DNA from: Naegleria gruberi
Taxonomy: Eukaryota
Assembly: GCA_000004985.1 (NCBI GenBank)
Contig: GG738932.1
Length of the DNA: 64,000 nt
Direction: 5' to 3' (one strand)
Shown: positions 53,301-64,000 of the stretch, one piece after another
Layout of the letters: each line of letters starts with the position of its first letter
How positions within the stretch are numbered: the stretch's first letter is position 1
Notes under the pieces: generated by a model
What the model was told of the DNA's origin: nothing
Database searches by the model: none
What the model saw: the letters and a program-made list of their open reading frames with translations, nothing else
Program-made: the position numbers and the translations under genes

Positions 53301-56300
53301 NNNNNNNNNNNNNNNNNNNNNNNNNNNNNNNNNNNNNNNNNNNNNNNNNNNNNNNNNNNNNNNNNNNNNNNNNNNNNNNNNNNNNNNNNNNNNNNNNNNN
53401 NNNNNNNNNNNNNNNNNNNNNNNNNNNNNNNNNNNNNNNNNNNNNNNNNNNNNNNNNNNNNNNNNNNNNNNNNNNNNNNNNNNNNNNNNNNNNNNNNNNN
53501 NNNNNNNNNNNNNNNNNNNNNNNNNNNNNNNNNNNNNNNNNNNNNNNNNNNNNNNNNNNNNNNNNNNNNNNNNNNNNNNNNNNNNNNNNNNNNNNNNNNN
53601 NNNNNNNNNNNNNNNNNNNNNNNNNNNNNNNNNNNNNNNNNNNNNNNNNNNNNNNNNNNNNNNNNNNNNNNNNNNNNNNNNNNNNNNNNNNNNNNNNNNN
53701 NNNNNNNNNNNNNNNNNNNNNNNNNNNNNNNNNNNNNNNNNNNNNNNNNNNNNNNNNNNNNNNNNNNNNNNNNNNNNNNNNNNNNNNNNNNNNNNNNNNN
53801 NNNNNNNNNNNNNNNNNNNNNNNNNNNNNNNNNNNNNNNNNNNNNNNNNNNNNNNNNNNNNNNNNNNNNNNNNNNNNNNNNNNNNNNNNNNNNNNNNNNN
53901 NNNNNNNNNNNNNNNNNNNNNNNNNNNNNNNNNNNNNNNNNNNNNNNNNNNNNNNNNNNNNNNNNNNNNNNNNNNNNNNNNNNNNNNNNNNNNNNNNNNN
54001 NNNNNNNNNNNNNNNNNNNNNNNNNNNNNNNNNNNNNNNNNNNNNNNNNNNNNNNNNNNNNNNNNNNNNNNNNNNNNNNNNNNNNNNNNNNNNNNNNNNN
54101 NNNNNNNNNNNNNNNNNNNNNNNNNNNNNNNNNNNNNNNNNNNNNNNNNNNNNNNNNNNNNNNNNNNNNNNNNNNNNNNNNNNNNNNNNNNNNNNNNNNN
54201 NNNNNNNNNNNNNNNNNNNNNNNNNNNNNNNNNNNNNNNNNNNNNNNNNNNNNNNNNNNNNNNNNNNNNNNNNNNNNNNNNNNNNNNNNNNNNNNNNNNN
54301 NNNNNNNNNNNNNNNNNNNNNNNNNNNNNNNNNNNNNNNNNNNNNNNNNNNNNNNNNNNNNNNNNNNNNNNNNNNNNNNNNNNNNNNNNNNNNNNNNNNN
54401 NNNNNNNNNNNNNNNNNNNNNNNNNNNNNNNNNNNNNNNNNNNNNNNNNNNNNNNNNNNNNNNNNNNNNNNNNNNNNNNNNNNNNNNNNNNNNNNNNNNN
54501 NNNNNNNNNNNNNNNNNNNNNNNNNNNNNNNNNNNNNNNNNNNNNNNNNNNNNNNNNNNNNNNNNNNNNNNNNNNNNNNNNNNNNNNNNNNNNNNNNNNN
54601 NNNNNNNNNNNNNNNNNNNNNNNNNNNNNNNNNNNNNNNNNNNNNNNNNNNNNNNNNNNNNNNNNNNNNNNNNNNNNNNNNNNNNNNNNNNNNNNNNNNN
54701 NNNNNNNNNNNNNNNNNNNNNNNNNNNNNNNNNNNNNNNNNNNNNNNNNNNNNNNNNNNNNNNNNNNNNNNNNNNNNNNNNNNNNNNNNNNNNNNNNNNN
54801 NNNNNNNNNNNNNNNNNNNNNNNNNNNNNNNNNNNNNNNNNNNNNNNNNNNNNNNNNNNNNNNNNNNNNNNNNNNNNNNNNNNNNNNNNNNNNNNNNNNN
54901 NNNNNNNNNNNNNNNNNNNNNNNNNNNNNNNNNNNNNNNNNNNNNNNNNNNNNNNNNNNNNNNNNNNNNNNNNNNNNNNNNNNNNNNNNNNNNNNNNNNN
55001 NNNNNNNNNNNNNNNNNNNNNNNNNNNNNNNNNNNNNNNNNNNNNNNNNNNNNNNNNNNNNNNNNNNNNNNNNNNNNNNNNNNNNNNNNNNNNNNNNNNN
55101 NNNNNNNNNNNNNNNNNNNNNNNNNNNNNNNNNNNNNNNNNNNNNNNNNNNNNNNNNNNNNNNNNNNNNNNNNNNNNNNNNNNNNNNNNNNNNNNNNNNN
55201 NNNNNNNNNNNNNNNNNNNNNNNNNNNNNNNNNNNNNNNNNNNNNNNNNNNNNNNNNNNNNNNNNNNNNNNNNNNNNNNNNNNNNNNNNNNNNNNNNNNN
55301 NNNNNNNNNNNNNNNNNNNNNNNNNNNNNNNNNNNNNNNNNNNNNNNNNNNNNNNNNNNNNNNNNNNNNNNNNNNNNNNNNNNNNNNNNNNNNNNNNNNN
55401 NNNNNNNNNNNNNNNNNNNNNNNNNNNNNNNNNNNNNNNNNNNNNNNNNNNNNNNNNNNNNNNNNNNNNNNNNNNNNNNNNNNNNNNNNNNNNNNNNNNN
55501 NNNNNNNNNNNNNNNNNNNNNNNNNNNNNNNNNNNNNNNNNNNNNNNNNNNNNNNNNNNNNNNNNNNNNNNNNNNNNNNNNNNNNNNNNNNNNNNNNNNN
55601 NNNNNNNNNNNNNNNNNNNNNNNNNNNNNNNNNNNNNNNNNNNNNNNNNNNNNNNNNNNNNNNNNNNNNNNNNNNNNNNNNNNNNNNNNNNNNNNNNNNN
55701 NNNNNNNNNNNNNNNNNNNNNNNNNNNNNNNNNNNNNNNNNNNNNNNNNNNNNNNNNNNNNNNNNNNNNNNNNNNNNNNNNNNNNNNNNNNNNNNNNNNN
55801 NNNNNNNNNNNNNNNNNNNNNNNNNNNNNNNNNNNNNNNNNNNNNNNNNNNNNNNNNNNNNNNNNNNNNNNNNNNNNNNNNNNNNNNNNNNNNNNNNNNN
55901 NNNNNNNNNNNNNNNNNNNNNNNNNNNNNNNNNNNNNNNNNNNNNNNNNNNNNNNNNNNNNNNNNNNNNNNNNNNNNNNNNNNNNNNNNNNNNNNNNNNN
56001 NNNNNNNNNNNNNNNNNNNNNNNNNNNNNNNNNNNNNNNNNNNNNNNNNNNNNNNNNNNNNNNNNNNNNNNNNNNNNNNNNNNNNNNNNNNNNNNNNNNN
56101 NNNNNNNNNNNNNNNNNNNNNNNNNNNNNNNNNNNNNNNNNNNNNNNNNNNNNNNNNNNNNNNNNNNNNNNNNNNNNNNNNNNNNNNNNNNNNNNNNNNN
56201 NNNNNNNNNNNNNNNNNNNNNNNNNNNNNNNNNNNNNNNNNNNNNNNNNNNNNNNNNNNNNNNNNNNNNNNNNNNNNNNNNNNNNNNNNNNNNNNNNNNN

Positions 56301-59300
56301 NNNNNNNNNNNNNNNNNNNNNNNNNNNNNNNNNNNNNNNNNNNNNNNNNNNNNNNNNNNNNNNNNNNNNNNNNNNNNNNNNNNNNNNNNNNNNNNNNNNN
56401 NNNNNNNNNNNNNNNNNNNNNNNNNNNNNNNNNNNNNNNNNNNNNNNNNNNNNNNNNNNNNNNNNNNNNNNNNNNNNNNNNNNNNNNNNNNNNNNNNNNN
56501 NNNNNNNNNNNNNNNNNNNNNNNNNNNNNNNNNNNNNNNNNNNNNNNNNNNNNNNNNNNNNNNNNNNNNNNNNNNNNNNNNNNNNNNNNNNNNNNNNNNN
56601 NNNNNNNNNNNNNNNNNNNNNNNNNNNNNNNNNNNNNNNNNNNNNNNNNNNNNNNNNNNNNNNNNNNNNNNNNNNNNNNNNNNNNNNNNNNNNNNNNNNN
56701 NNNNNNNNNNNNNNNNNNNNNNNNNNNNNNNNNNNNNNNNNNNNNNNNNNNNNNNNNNNNNNNNNNNNNNNNNNNNNNNNNNNNNNNNNNNNNNNNNNNN
56801 NNNNNNNNNNNNNNNNNNNNNNNNNNNNNNNNNNNNNNNNNNNNNNNNNNNNNNNNNNNNNNNNNNNNNNNNNNNNNNNNNNNNNNNNNNNNNNNNNNNN
56901 NNNNNNNNNNNNNNNNNNNNNNNNNNNNNNNNNNNNNNNNNNNNNNNNNNNNNNNNNNNNNNNNNNNNNNNNNNNNNNNNNNNNNNNNNNNNNNNNNNNN
57001 NNNNNNNNNNNNNNNNNNNNNNNNNNNNNNNNNNNNNNNNNNNNNNNNNNNNNNNNNNNNNNNNNNNNNNNNNNNNNNNNNNNNNNNNNNNNNNNNNNNN
57101 NNNNNNNNNNNNNNNNNNNNNNNNNNNNNNNNNNNNNNNNNNNNNNNNNNNNNNNNNNNNNNNNNNNNNNNNNNNNNNNNNNNNNNNNNNNNNNNNNNNN
57201 NNNNNNNNNNNNNNNNNNNNNNNNNNNNNNNNNNNNNNNNNNNNNNNNNNNNNNNNNNNNNNNNNNNNNNNNNNNNNNNNNNNNNNNNNNNNNNNNNNNN
57301 NNNNNNNNNNNNNNNNNNNNNNNNNNNNNNNNNNNNNNNNNNNNNNNNNNNNNNNNNNNNNNNNNNNNNNNNNNNNNNNNNNNNNNNNNNNNNNNNNNNN
57401 NNNNNNNNNNNNNNNNNNNNNNNNNNNNNNNNNNNNNNNNNNNNNNNNNNNNNNNNNNNNNNNNNNNNNNNNNNNNNNNNNNNNNNNNNNNNNNNNNNNN
57501 NNNNNNNNNNNNNNNNNNNNNNNNNNNNNNNNNNNNNNNNNNNNNNNNNNNNNNNNNNNNNNNNNNNNNNNNNNNNNNNNNNNNNNNNNNNNNNNNNNNN
57601 NNNNNNNNNNNNNNNNNNNNNNNNNNNNNNNNNNNNNNNNNNNNNNNNNNNNNNNNNNNNNNNNNNNNNNNNNNNNNNNNNNNNNNNNNNNNNNNNNNNN
57701 NNNNNNNNNNNNNNNNNNNNNNNNNNNNNNNNNNNNNNNNNNNNNNNNNNNNNNNNNNNNNNNNNNNNNNNNNNNNNNNNNNNNNNNNNNNNNNNNNNNN
57801 NNNNNNNNNNNNNNNNNNNNNNNNNNNNNNNNNNNNNNNNNNNNNNNNNNNNNNNNNNNNNNNNNNNNNNNNNNNNNNNNNNNNNNNNNNNNNNNNNNNN
57901 NNNNNNNNNNNNNNNNNNNNNNNNNNNNNNNNNNNNNNNNNNNNNNNNNNNNNNNNNNNNNNNNNNNNNNNNNNNNNNNNNNNNNNNNNNNNNNNNNNNN
58001 NNNNNNNNNNNNNNNNNNNNNNNNNNNNNNNNNNNNNNNNNNNNNNNNNNNNNNNNNNNNNNNNNNNNNNNNNNNNNNNNNNNNNNNNNNNNNNNNNNNN
58101 NNNNNNNNNNNNNNNNNNNNNNNNNNNNNNNNNNNNNNNNNNNNNNNNNNNNNNNNNNNNNNNNNNNNNNNNNNNNNNNNNNNNNNNNNNNNNNNNNNNN
58201 NNNNNNNNNNNNNNNNNNNNNNNNNNNNNNNNNNNNNNNNNNNNNNNNNNNNNNNNNNNNNNNNNNNNNNNNNNNNNNNNNNNNNNNNNNNNNNNNNNNN
58301 NNNNNNNNNNNNNNNNNNNNNNNNNNNNNNNNNNNNNNNNNNNNNNNNNNNNNNNNNNNNNNNNNNNNNNNNNNNNNNNNNNNNNNNNNNNNNNNNNNNN
58401 NNNNNNNNNNNNNNNNNNNNNNNNNNNNNNNNNNNNNNNNNNNNNNNNNNNNNNNNNNNNNNNNNNNNNNNNNNNNNNNNNNNNNNNNNNNNNNNNNNNN
58501 NNNNNNNNNNNNNNNNNNNNNNNNNNNNNNNNNNNNNNNNNNNNNNNNNNNNNNNNNNNNNNNNNNNNNNNNNNNNNNNNNNNNNNNNNNNNNNNNNNNN
58601 NNNNNNNNNNNNNNNNNNNNNNNNNNNNNNNNNNNNNNNNNNNNNNNNNNNNNNNNNNNNNNNNNNNNNNNNNNNNNNNNNNNNNNNNNNNNNNNNNNNN
58701 NNNNNNNNNNNNNNNNNNNNNNNNNNNNNNNNNNNNNNNNNNNNNNNNNNNNNNNNNNNNNNNNNNNNNNNNNNNNNNNNNNNNNNNNNNNNNNNNNNNN
58801 NNNNNNNNNNNNNNNNNNNNNNNNNNNNNNNNNNNNNNNNNNNNNNNNNNNNNNNNNNNNNNNNNNNNNNNNNNNNNNNNNNNNNNNNNNNNNNNNNNNN
58901 NNNNNNNNNNNNNNNNNNNNNNNNNNNNNNNNNNNNNNNNNNNNNNNNNNNNNNNNNNNNNNNNNNNNNNNNNNNNNNNNNNNNNNNNNNNNNNNNNNNN
59001 NNNNNNNNNNNNNNNNNNNNNNNNNNNNNNNNNNNNNNNNNNNNNNNNNNNNNNNNNNNNNNNNNNNNNNNNNNNNNNNNNNNNNNNNNNNNNNNNNNNN
59101 NNNNNNNNNNNNNNNNNNNNNNNNNNNNNNNNNNNNNNNNNNNNNNNNNNNNNNNNNNNNNNNNNNNNNNNNNNNNNNNNNNNNNNNNNNNNNNNNNNNN
59201 NNNNNNNNNNNNNNNNNNNNNNNNNNNNNNNNNNNNNNNNNNNNNNNNNNNNNNNNNNNNNNNNNNNNNNNNNNNNNNNNNNNNNNNNNNNNNNNNNNNN

Positions 59301-62300
59301 NNNNNNNNNNNNNNNNNNNNNNNNNNNNNNNNNNNNNNNNNNNNNNNNNNNNNNNNNNNNNNNNNNNNNNNNNNNNNNNNNNNNNNNNNNNNNNNNNNNN
59401 NNNNNNNNNNNNNNNNNNNNNNNNNNNNNNNNNNNNNNNNNNNNNNNNNNNNNNNNNNNNNNNNNNNNNNNNNNNNNNNNNNNNNNNNNNNNNNNNNNNN
59501 NNNNNNNNNNNNNNNNNNNNNNNNNNNNNNNNNNNNNNNNNNNNNNNNNNNNNNNNNNNNNNNNNNNNNNNNNNNNNNNNNNNNNNNNNNNNNNNNNNNN
59601 NNNNNNNNNNNNNNNNNNNNNNNNNNNNNNNNNNNNNNNNNNNNNNNNNNNNNNNNNNNNNNNNNNNNNNNNNNNNNNNNNNNNNNNNNNNNNNNNNNNN
59701 NNNNNNNNNNNNNNNNNNNNNNNNNNNNNNNNNNNNNNNNNNNNNNNNNNNNNNNNNNNNNNNNNNNNNNNNNNNNNNNNNNNNNNNNNNNNNNNNNNNN
59801 NNNNNNNNNNNNNNNNNNNNNNNNNNNNNNNNNNNNNNNNNNNNNNNNNNNNNNNNNNNNNNNNNNNNNNNNNNNNNNNNNNNNNNNNNNNNNNNNNNNN
59901 NNNNNNNNNNNNNNNNNNNNNNNNNNNNNNNNNNNNNNNNNNNNNNNNNNNNNNNNNNNNNNNNNNNNNNNNNNNNNNNNNNNNNNNNNNNNNNNNNNNN
60001 NNNNNNNNNNNNNNNNNNNNNNNNNNNNNNNNNNNNNNNNNNNNNNNNNNNNNNNNNNNNNNNNNNNNNNNNNNNNNNNNNNNNNNNNNNNNNNNNNNNN
60101 NNNNNNNNNNNNNNNNNNNNNNNNNNNNNNNNNNNNNNNNNNNNNNNNNNNNNNNNNNNNNNNNNNNNNNNNNNNNNNNNNNNNNNNNNNNNNNNNNNNN
60201 NNNNNNNNNNNNNNNNNNNNNNNNNNNNNNNNNNNNNNNNNNNNNNNNNNNNNNNNNNNNNNNNNNNNNNNNNNNNNNNNNNNNNNNNNNNNNNNNNNNN
60301 NNNNNNNNNNNNNNNNNNNNNNNNNNNNNNNNNNNNNNNNNNNNNNNNNNNNNNNNNNNNNNNNNNNNNNNNNNNNNNNNNNNNNNNNNNNNNNNNNNNN
60401 NNNNNNNNNNNNNNNNNNNNNNNNNNNNNNNNNNNNNNNNNNNNNNNNNNNNNNNNNNNNNNNNNNNNNNNNNNNNNNNNNNNNNNNNNNNNNNNNNNNN
60501 NNNNNNNNNNNNNNNNNNNNNNNNNNNNNNNNNNNNNNNNNNNNNNNNNNNNNNNNNNNNNNNNNNNNNNNNNNNNNNNNNNNNNNNNNNNNNNNNNNNN
60601 NNNNNNNNNNNNNNNNNNNNNNNNNNNNNNNNNNNNNNNNNNNNNNNNNNNNNNNNNNNNNNNNNNNNNNNNNNNNNNNNNNNNNNNNNNNNNNNNNNNN
60701 NNNNNNNNNNNNNNNNNNNNNNNNNNNNNNNNNNNNNNNNNNNNNNNNNNNNNNNNNNNNNNNNNNNNNNNNNNNNNNNNNNNNNNNNNNNNNNNNNNNN
60801 NNNNNNNNNNNNNNNNNNNNNNNNNNNNNNNNNNNNNNNNNNNNNNNNNNNNNNNNNNNNNNNNNNNNNNNNNNNNNNNNNNNNNNNNNNNNNNNNNNNN
60901 NNNNNNNNNNNNNNNNNNNNNNNNNNNNNNNNNNNNNNNNNNNNNNNNNNNNNNNNNNNNNNNNNNNNNNNNNNNNNNNNNNNNNNNNNNNNNNNNNNNN
61001 NNNNNNNNNNNNNNNNNNNNNNNNNNNNNNNNNNNNNNNNNNNNNNNNNNNNNNNNNNNNNNNNNNNNNNNNNNNNNNNNNNNNNNNNNNNNNNNNNNNN
61101 NNNNNNNNNNNNNNNNNNNNNNNNNNNNNNNNNNNNNNNNNNNNNNNNNNNNNNNNNNNNNNNNNNNNNNNNNNNNNNNNNNNNNNNNNNNNNNNNNNNN
61201 NNNNNNNNNNNNNNNNNNNNNNNNNNNNNNNNNNNNNNNNNNNNNNNNNNNNNNNNNNNNNNNNNNNNNNNNNNNNNNNNNNNNNNNNNNNNNNNNNNNN
61301 NNNNNNNNNNNNNNNNNNNNNNNNNNNNNNNNNNNNNNNNNNNNNNNNNNNNNNNNNNNNNNNNNNNNNNNNNNNNNNNNNNNNNNNNNNNNNNNNNNNN
61401 NNNNNNNNNNNNNNNNNNNNNNNNNNNNNNNNNNNNNNNNNNNNNNNNNNNNNNNNNNNNNNNNNNNNNNNNNNNNNNNNNNNNNNNNNNNNNNNNNNNN
61501 NNNNNNNNNNNNNNNNNNNNNNNNNNNNNNNNNNNNNNNNNNNNNNNNNNNNNNNNNNNNNNNNNNNNNNNNNNNNNNNNNNNNNNNNNNNNNNNNNNNN
61601 NNNNNNNNNNNNNNNNNNNNNNNNNNNNNNNNNNNNNNNNNNNNNNNNNNNNNNNNNNNNNNNNNNNNNNNNNNNNNNNNNNNNNNNNNNNNNNNNNNNN
61701 NNNNNNNNNNNNNNNNNNNNNNNNNNNNNNNNNNNNNNNNNNNNNNNNNNNNNNNNNNNNNNNNNNNNNNNNNNNNNNNNNNNNNNNNNNNNNNNNNNNN
61801 NNNNNNNNNNNNNNNNNNNNNNNNNNNNNNNNNNNNNNNNNNNNNNNNNNNNNNNNNNNNNNNNNNNNNNNNNNNNNNNNNNNNNNNNNNNNNNNNNNNN
61901 NNNNNNNNNNNNNNNNNNNNNNNNNNNNNNNNNNNNNNNNNNNNNNNNNNNNNNNNNNNNNNNNNNNNNNNNNNNNNNNNNNNNNNNNNNNNNNNNNNNN
62001 NNNNNNNNNNNNNNNNNNNNNNNNNNNNNNNNNNNNNNNNNNNNNNNNNNNNNNNNNNNNNNNNNNNNNNNNNNNNNNNNNNNNNNNNNNNNNNNNNNNN
62101 NNNNNNNNNNNNNNNNNNNNNNNNNNNNNNNNNNNNNNNNNNNNNNNNNNNNNNNNNNNNNNNNNNNNNNNNNNNNNNNNNNNNNNNNNNNNNNNNNNNN
62201 NNNNNNNNNNNNNNNNNNNNNNNNNNNNNNNNNNNNNNNNNNNNNNNNNNNNNNNNNNNNNNNNNNNNNNNNNNNNNNNNNNNNNNNNNNNNNNNNNNNN

Positions 62301-64000
62301 NNNNNNNNNNNNNNNNNNNNNNNNNNNNNNNNNNNNNNNNNNNNNNNNNNNNNNNNNNNNNNNNNNNNNNNNNNNNNNNNNNNNNNNNNNNNNNNNNNNN
62401 NNNNNNNNNNNNNNNNNNNNNNNNNNNNNNNNNNNNNNNNNNNNNNNNNNNNNNNNNNNNNNNNNNNNNNNNNNNNNNNNNNNNNNNNNNNNNNNNNNNN
62501 NNNNNNNNNNNNNNNNNNNNNNNNNNNNNNNNNNNNNNNNNNNNNNNNNNNNNNNNNNNNNNNNNNNNNNNNNNNNNNNNNNNNNNNNNNNNNNNNNNNN
62601 NNNNNNNNNNNNNNNNNNNNNNNNNNNNNNNNNNNNNNNNNNNNNNNNNNNNNNNNNNNNNNNNNNNNNNNNNNNNNNNNNNNNNNNNNNNNNNNNNNNN
62701 NNNNNNNNNNNNNNNNNNNNNNNNNNNNNNNNNNNNNNNNNNNNNNNNNNNNNNNNNNNNNNNNNNNNNNNNNNNNNNNNNNNNNNNNNNNNNNNNNNNN
62801 NNNNNNNNNNNNNNNNNNNNNNNNNNNNNNNNNNNNNNNNNNNNNNNNNNNNNNNNNNNNNNNNNNNNNNNNNNNNNNNNNNNNNNNNNNNNNNNNNNNN
62901 NNNNNNNNNNNNNNNNNNNNNNNNNNNNNNNNNNNNNNNNNNNNNNNNNNNNNNNNNNNNNNNNNNNNNNNNNNNNNNNNNNNNNNNNNNNNNNNNNNNN
63001 NNNNNNNNNNNNNNNNNNNNNNNNNNNNNNNNNNNNNNNNNNNNNNNNNNNNNNNNNNNNNNNNNNNNNNNNNNNNNNNNNNNNNNNNNNNNNNNNNNNN
63101 NNNNNNNNNNNNNNNNNNNNNNNNNNNNNNNNNNNNNNNNNNNNNNNNNNNNNNNNNNNNNNNNNNNNNNNNNNNNNNNNNNNNNNNNNNNNNNNNNNNN
63201 NNNNNNNNNNNNNNNNNNNNNNNNNNNNNNNNNNNNNNNNNNNNNNNNNNNNNNNNNNNNNNNNNNNNNNNNNNNNNNNNNNNNNNNNNNNNNNNNNNNN
63301 NNNNNNNNNNNNNNNNNNNNNNNNNNNNNNNNNNNNNNNNNNNNNNNNNNNNNNNNNNNNNNNNNNNNNNNNNNNNNNNNNNNNNNNNNNNNNNNNNNNN
63401 NNNNNNNNNNNNNNNNNNNNNNNNNNNNNNNNNNNNNNNNNNNNNNNNNNNNNNNNNNNNNNNNNNNNNNNNNNNNNNNNNNNNNNNNNNNNNNNNNNNN
63501 NNNNNNNNNNNNNNNNNNNNNNNNNNNNNNNNNNNNNNNNNNNNNNNNNNNNNNNNNNNNNNNNNNNNNNNNNNNNNNNNNNNNNNNNNNNNNNNNNNNN
63601 NNNNNNNNNNNNNNNNNNNNNNNNNNNNNNNNNNNNNNNNNNNNNNNNNNNNNNNNNNNNNNNNNNNNNNNNNNNNNNNNNNNNNNNNNNNNNNNNNNNN
63701 NNNNNNNNNNNNNNNNNNNNNNNNNNNNNNNNNNNNNNNNNNNNNNNNNNNNNNNNNNNNNNNNNNNNNNNNNNNNNNNNNNNNNNNNNNNNNNNNNNNN
63801 NNNNNNNNNNNNNNNNNNNNNNNNNNNNNNNNNNNNNNNNNNNNNNNNNNNNNNNNNNNNNNNNNNNNNNNNNNNNNNNNNNNNNNNNNNNNNNNNNNNN
63901 NNNNNNNNNNNNNNNNNNNNNNNNNNNNNNNNNNNNNNNNNNNNNNNNNNNNNNNNNNNNNNNNNNNNNNNNNNNNNNNNNNNNNNNNNNNNNNNNNNNN
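14343..64000. other. Assembly gap or unsequenced region (49,658 N, about 78% of the window)
   Basis: Uninterrupted N from 14343 to the end of the window. Nothing can be annotated here. Confidence 0.99.

Overview
Only positions 1-14342 of this window are real sequence. Positions 13128-13177 are a 50-N spacer, and 14343-64000 (about 49.7 kb, roughly 78% of the window) is one unbroken run of N. The readable 14.3 kb is eukaryotic, AT-rich (about one-third GC by eye) and very gene-dense, with seven complete single-exon genes and one truncated gene on alternating strands. Intergenic spacers range from 26 to about 900 bp, and no gene needs an intron to be complete. The genes are an AT-hook low-complexity protein, a stand-alone mRNA capping guanylyltransferase, an ESCRT-III CHMP3/Vps24 protein, a DYRK2-class dual-specificity kinase, an IQ-motif coiled-coil protein, a Dpy-30-motif protein, and an F-box-like RI-type leucine-rich-repeat protein. 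A second, paralogous LRR gene lies tail-to-tail with that one and runs into the 50-N gap. Between that gap and the large N block there is about 1.2 kb of non-coding sequence packed with strand-biased TGATGA / TTGATGATG motifs and GGAAAATTCC-like imperfect palindromes. This is the only part of the window the gene models do not explain. It may be a C/D-box snoRNA-like cluster or the edge of an unassembled repeat array. Both short bidirectional promoters carry a GC-rich E2F-like palindrome, TTTGGCGCC(A). Together with the gene density, the absence of introns and the fungal/protozoan-type stand-alone guanylyltransferase, this suggests (as a hypothesis only) an intron-poor protist such as an apicomplexan of the Cryptosporidium type. 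No prokaryotic-style defence or mobile system is present. If a novel system exists in this window, it most likely lies in the unsequenced gap or in the TGATGA-rich block.
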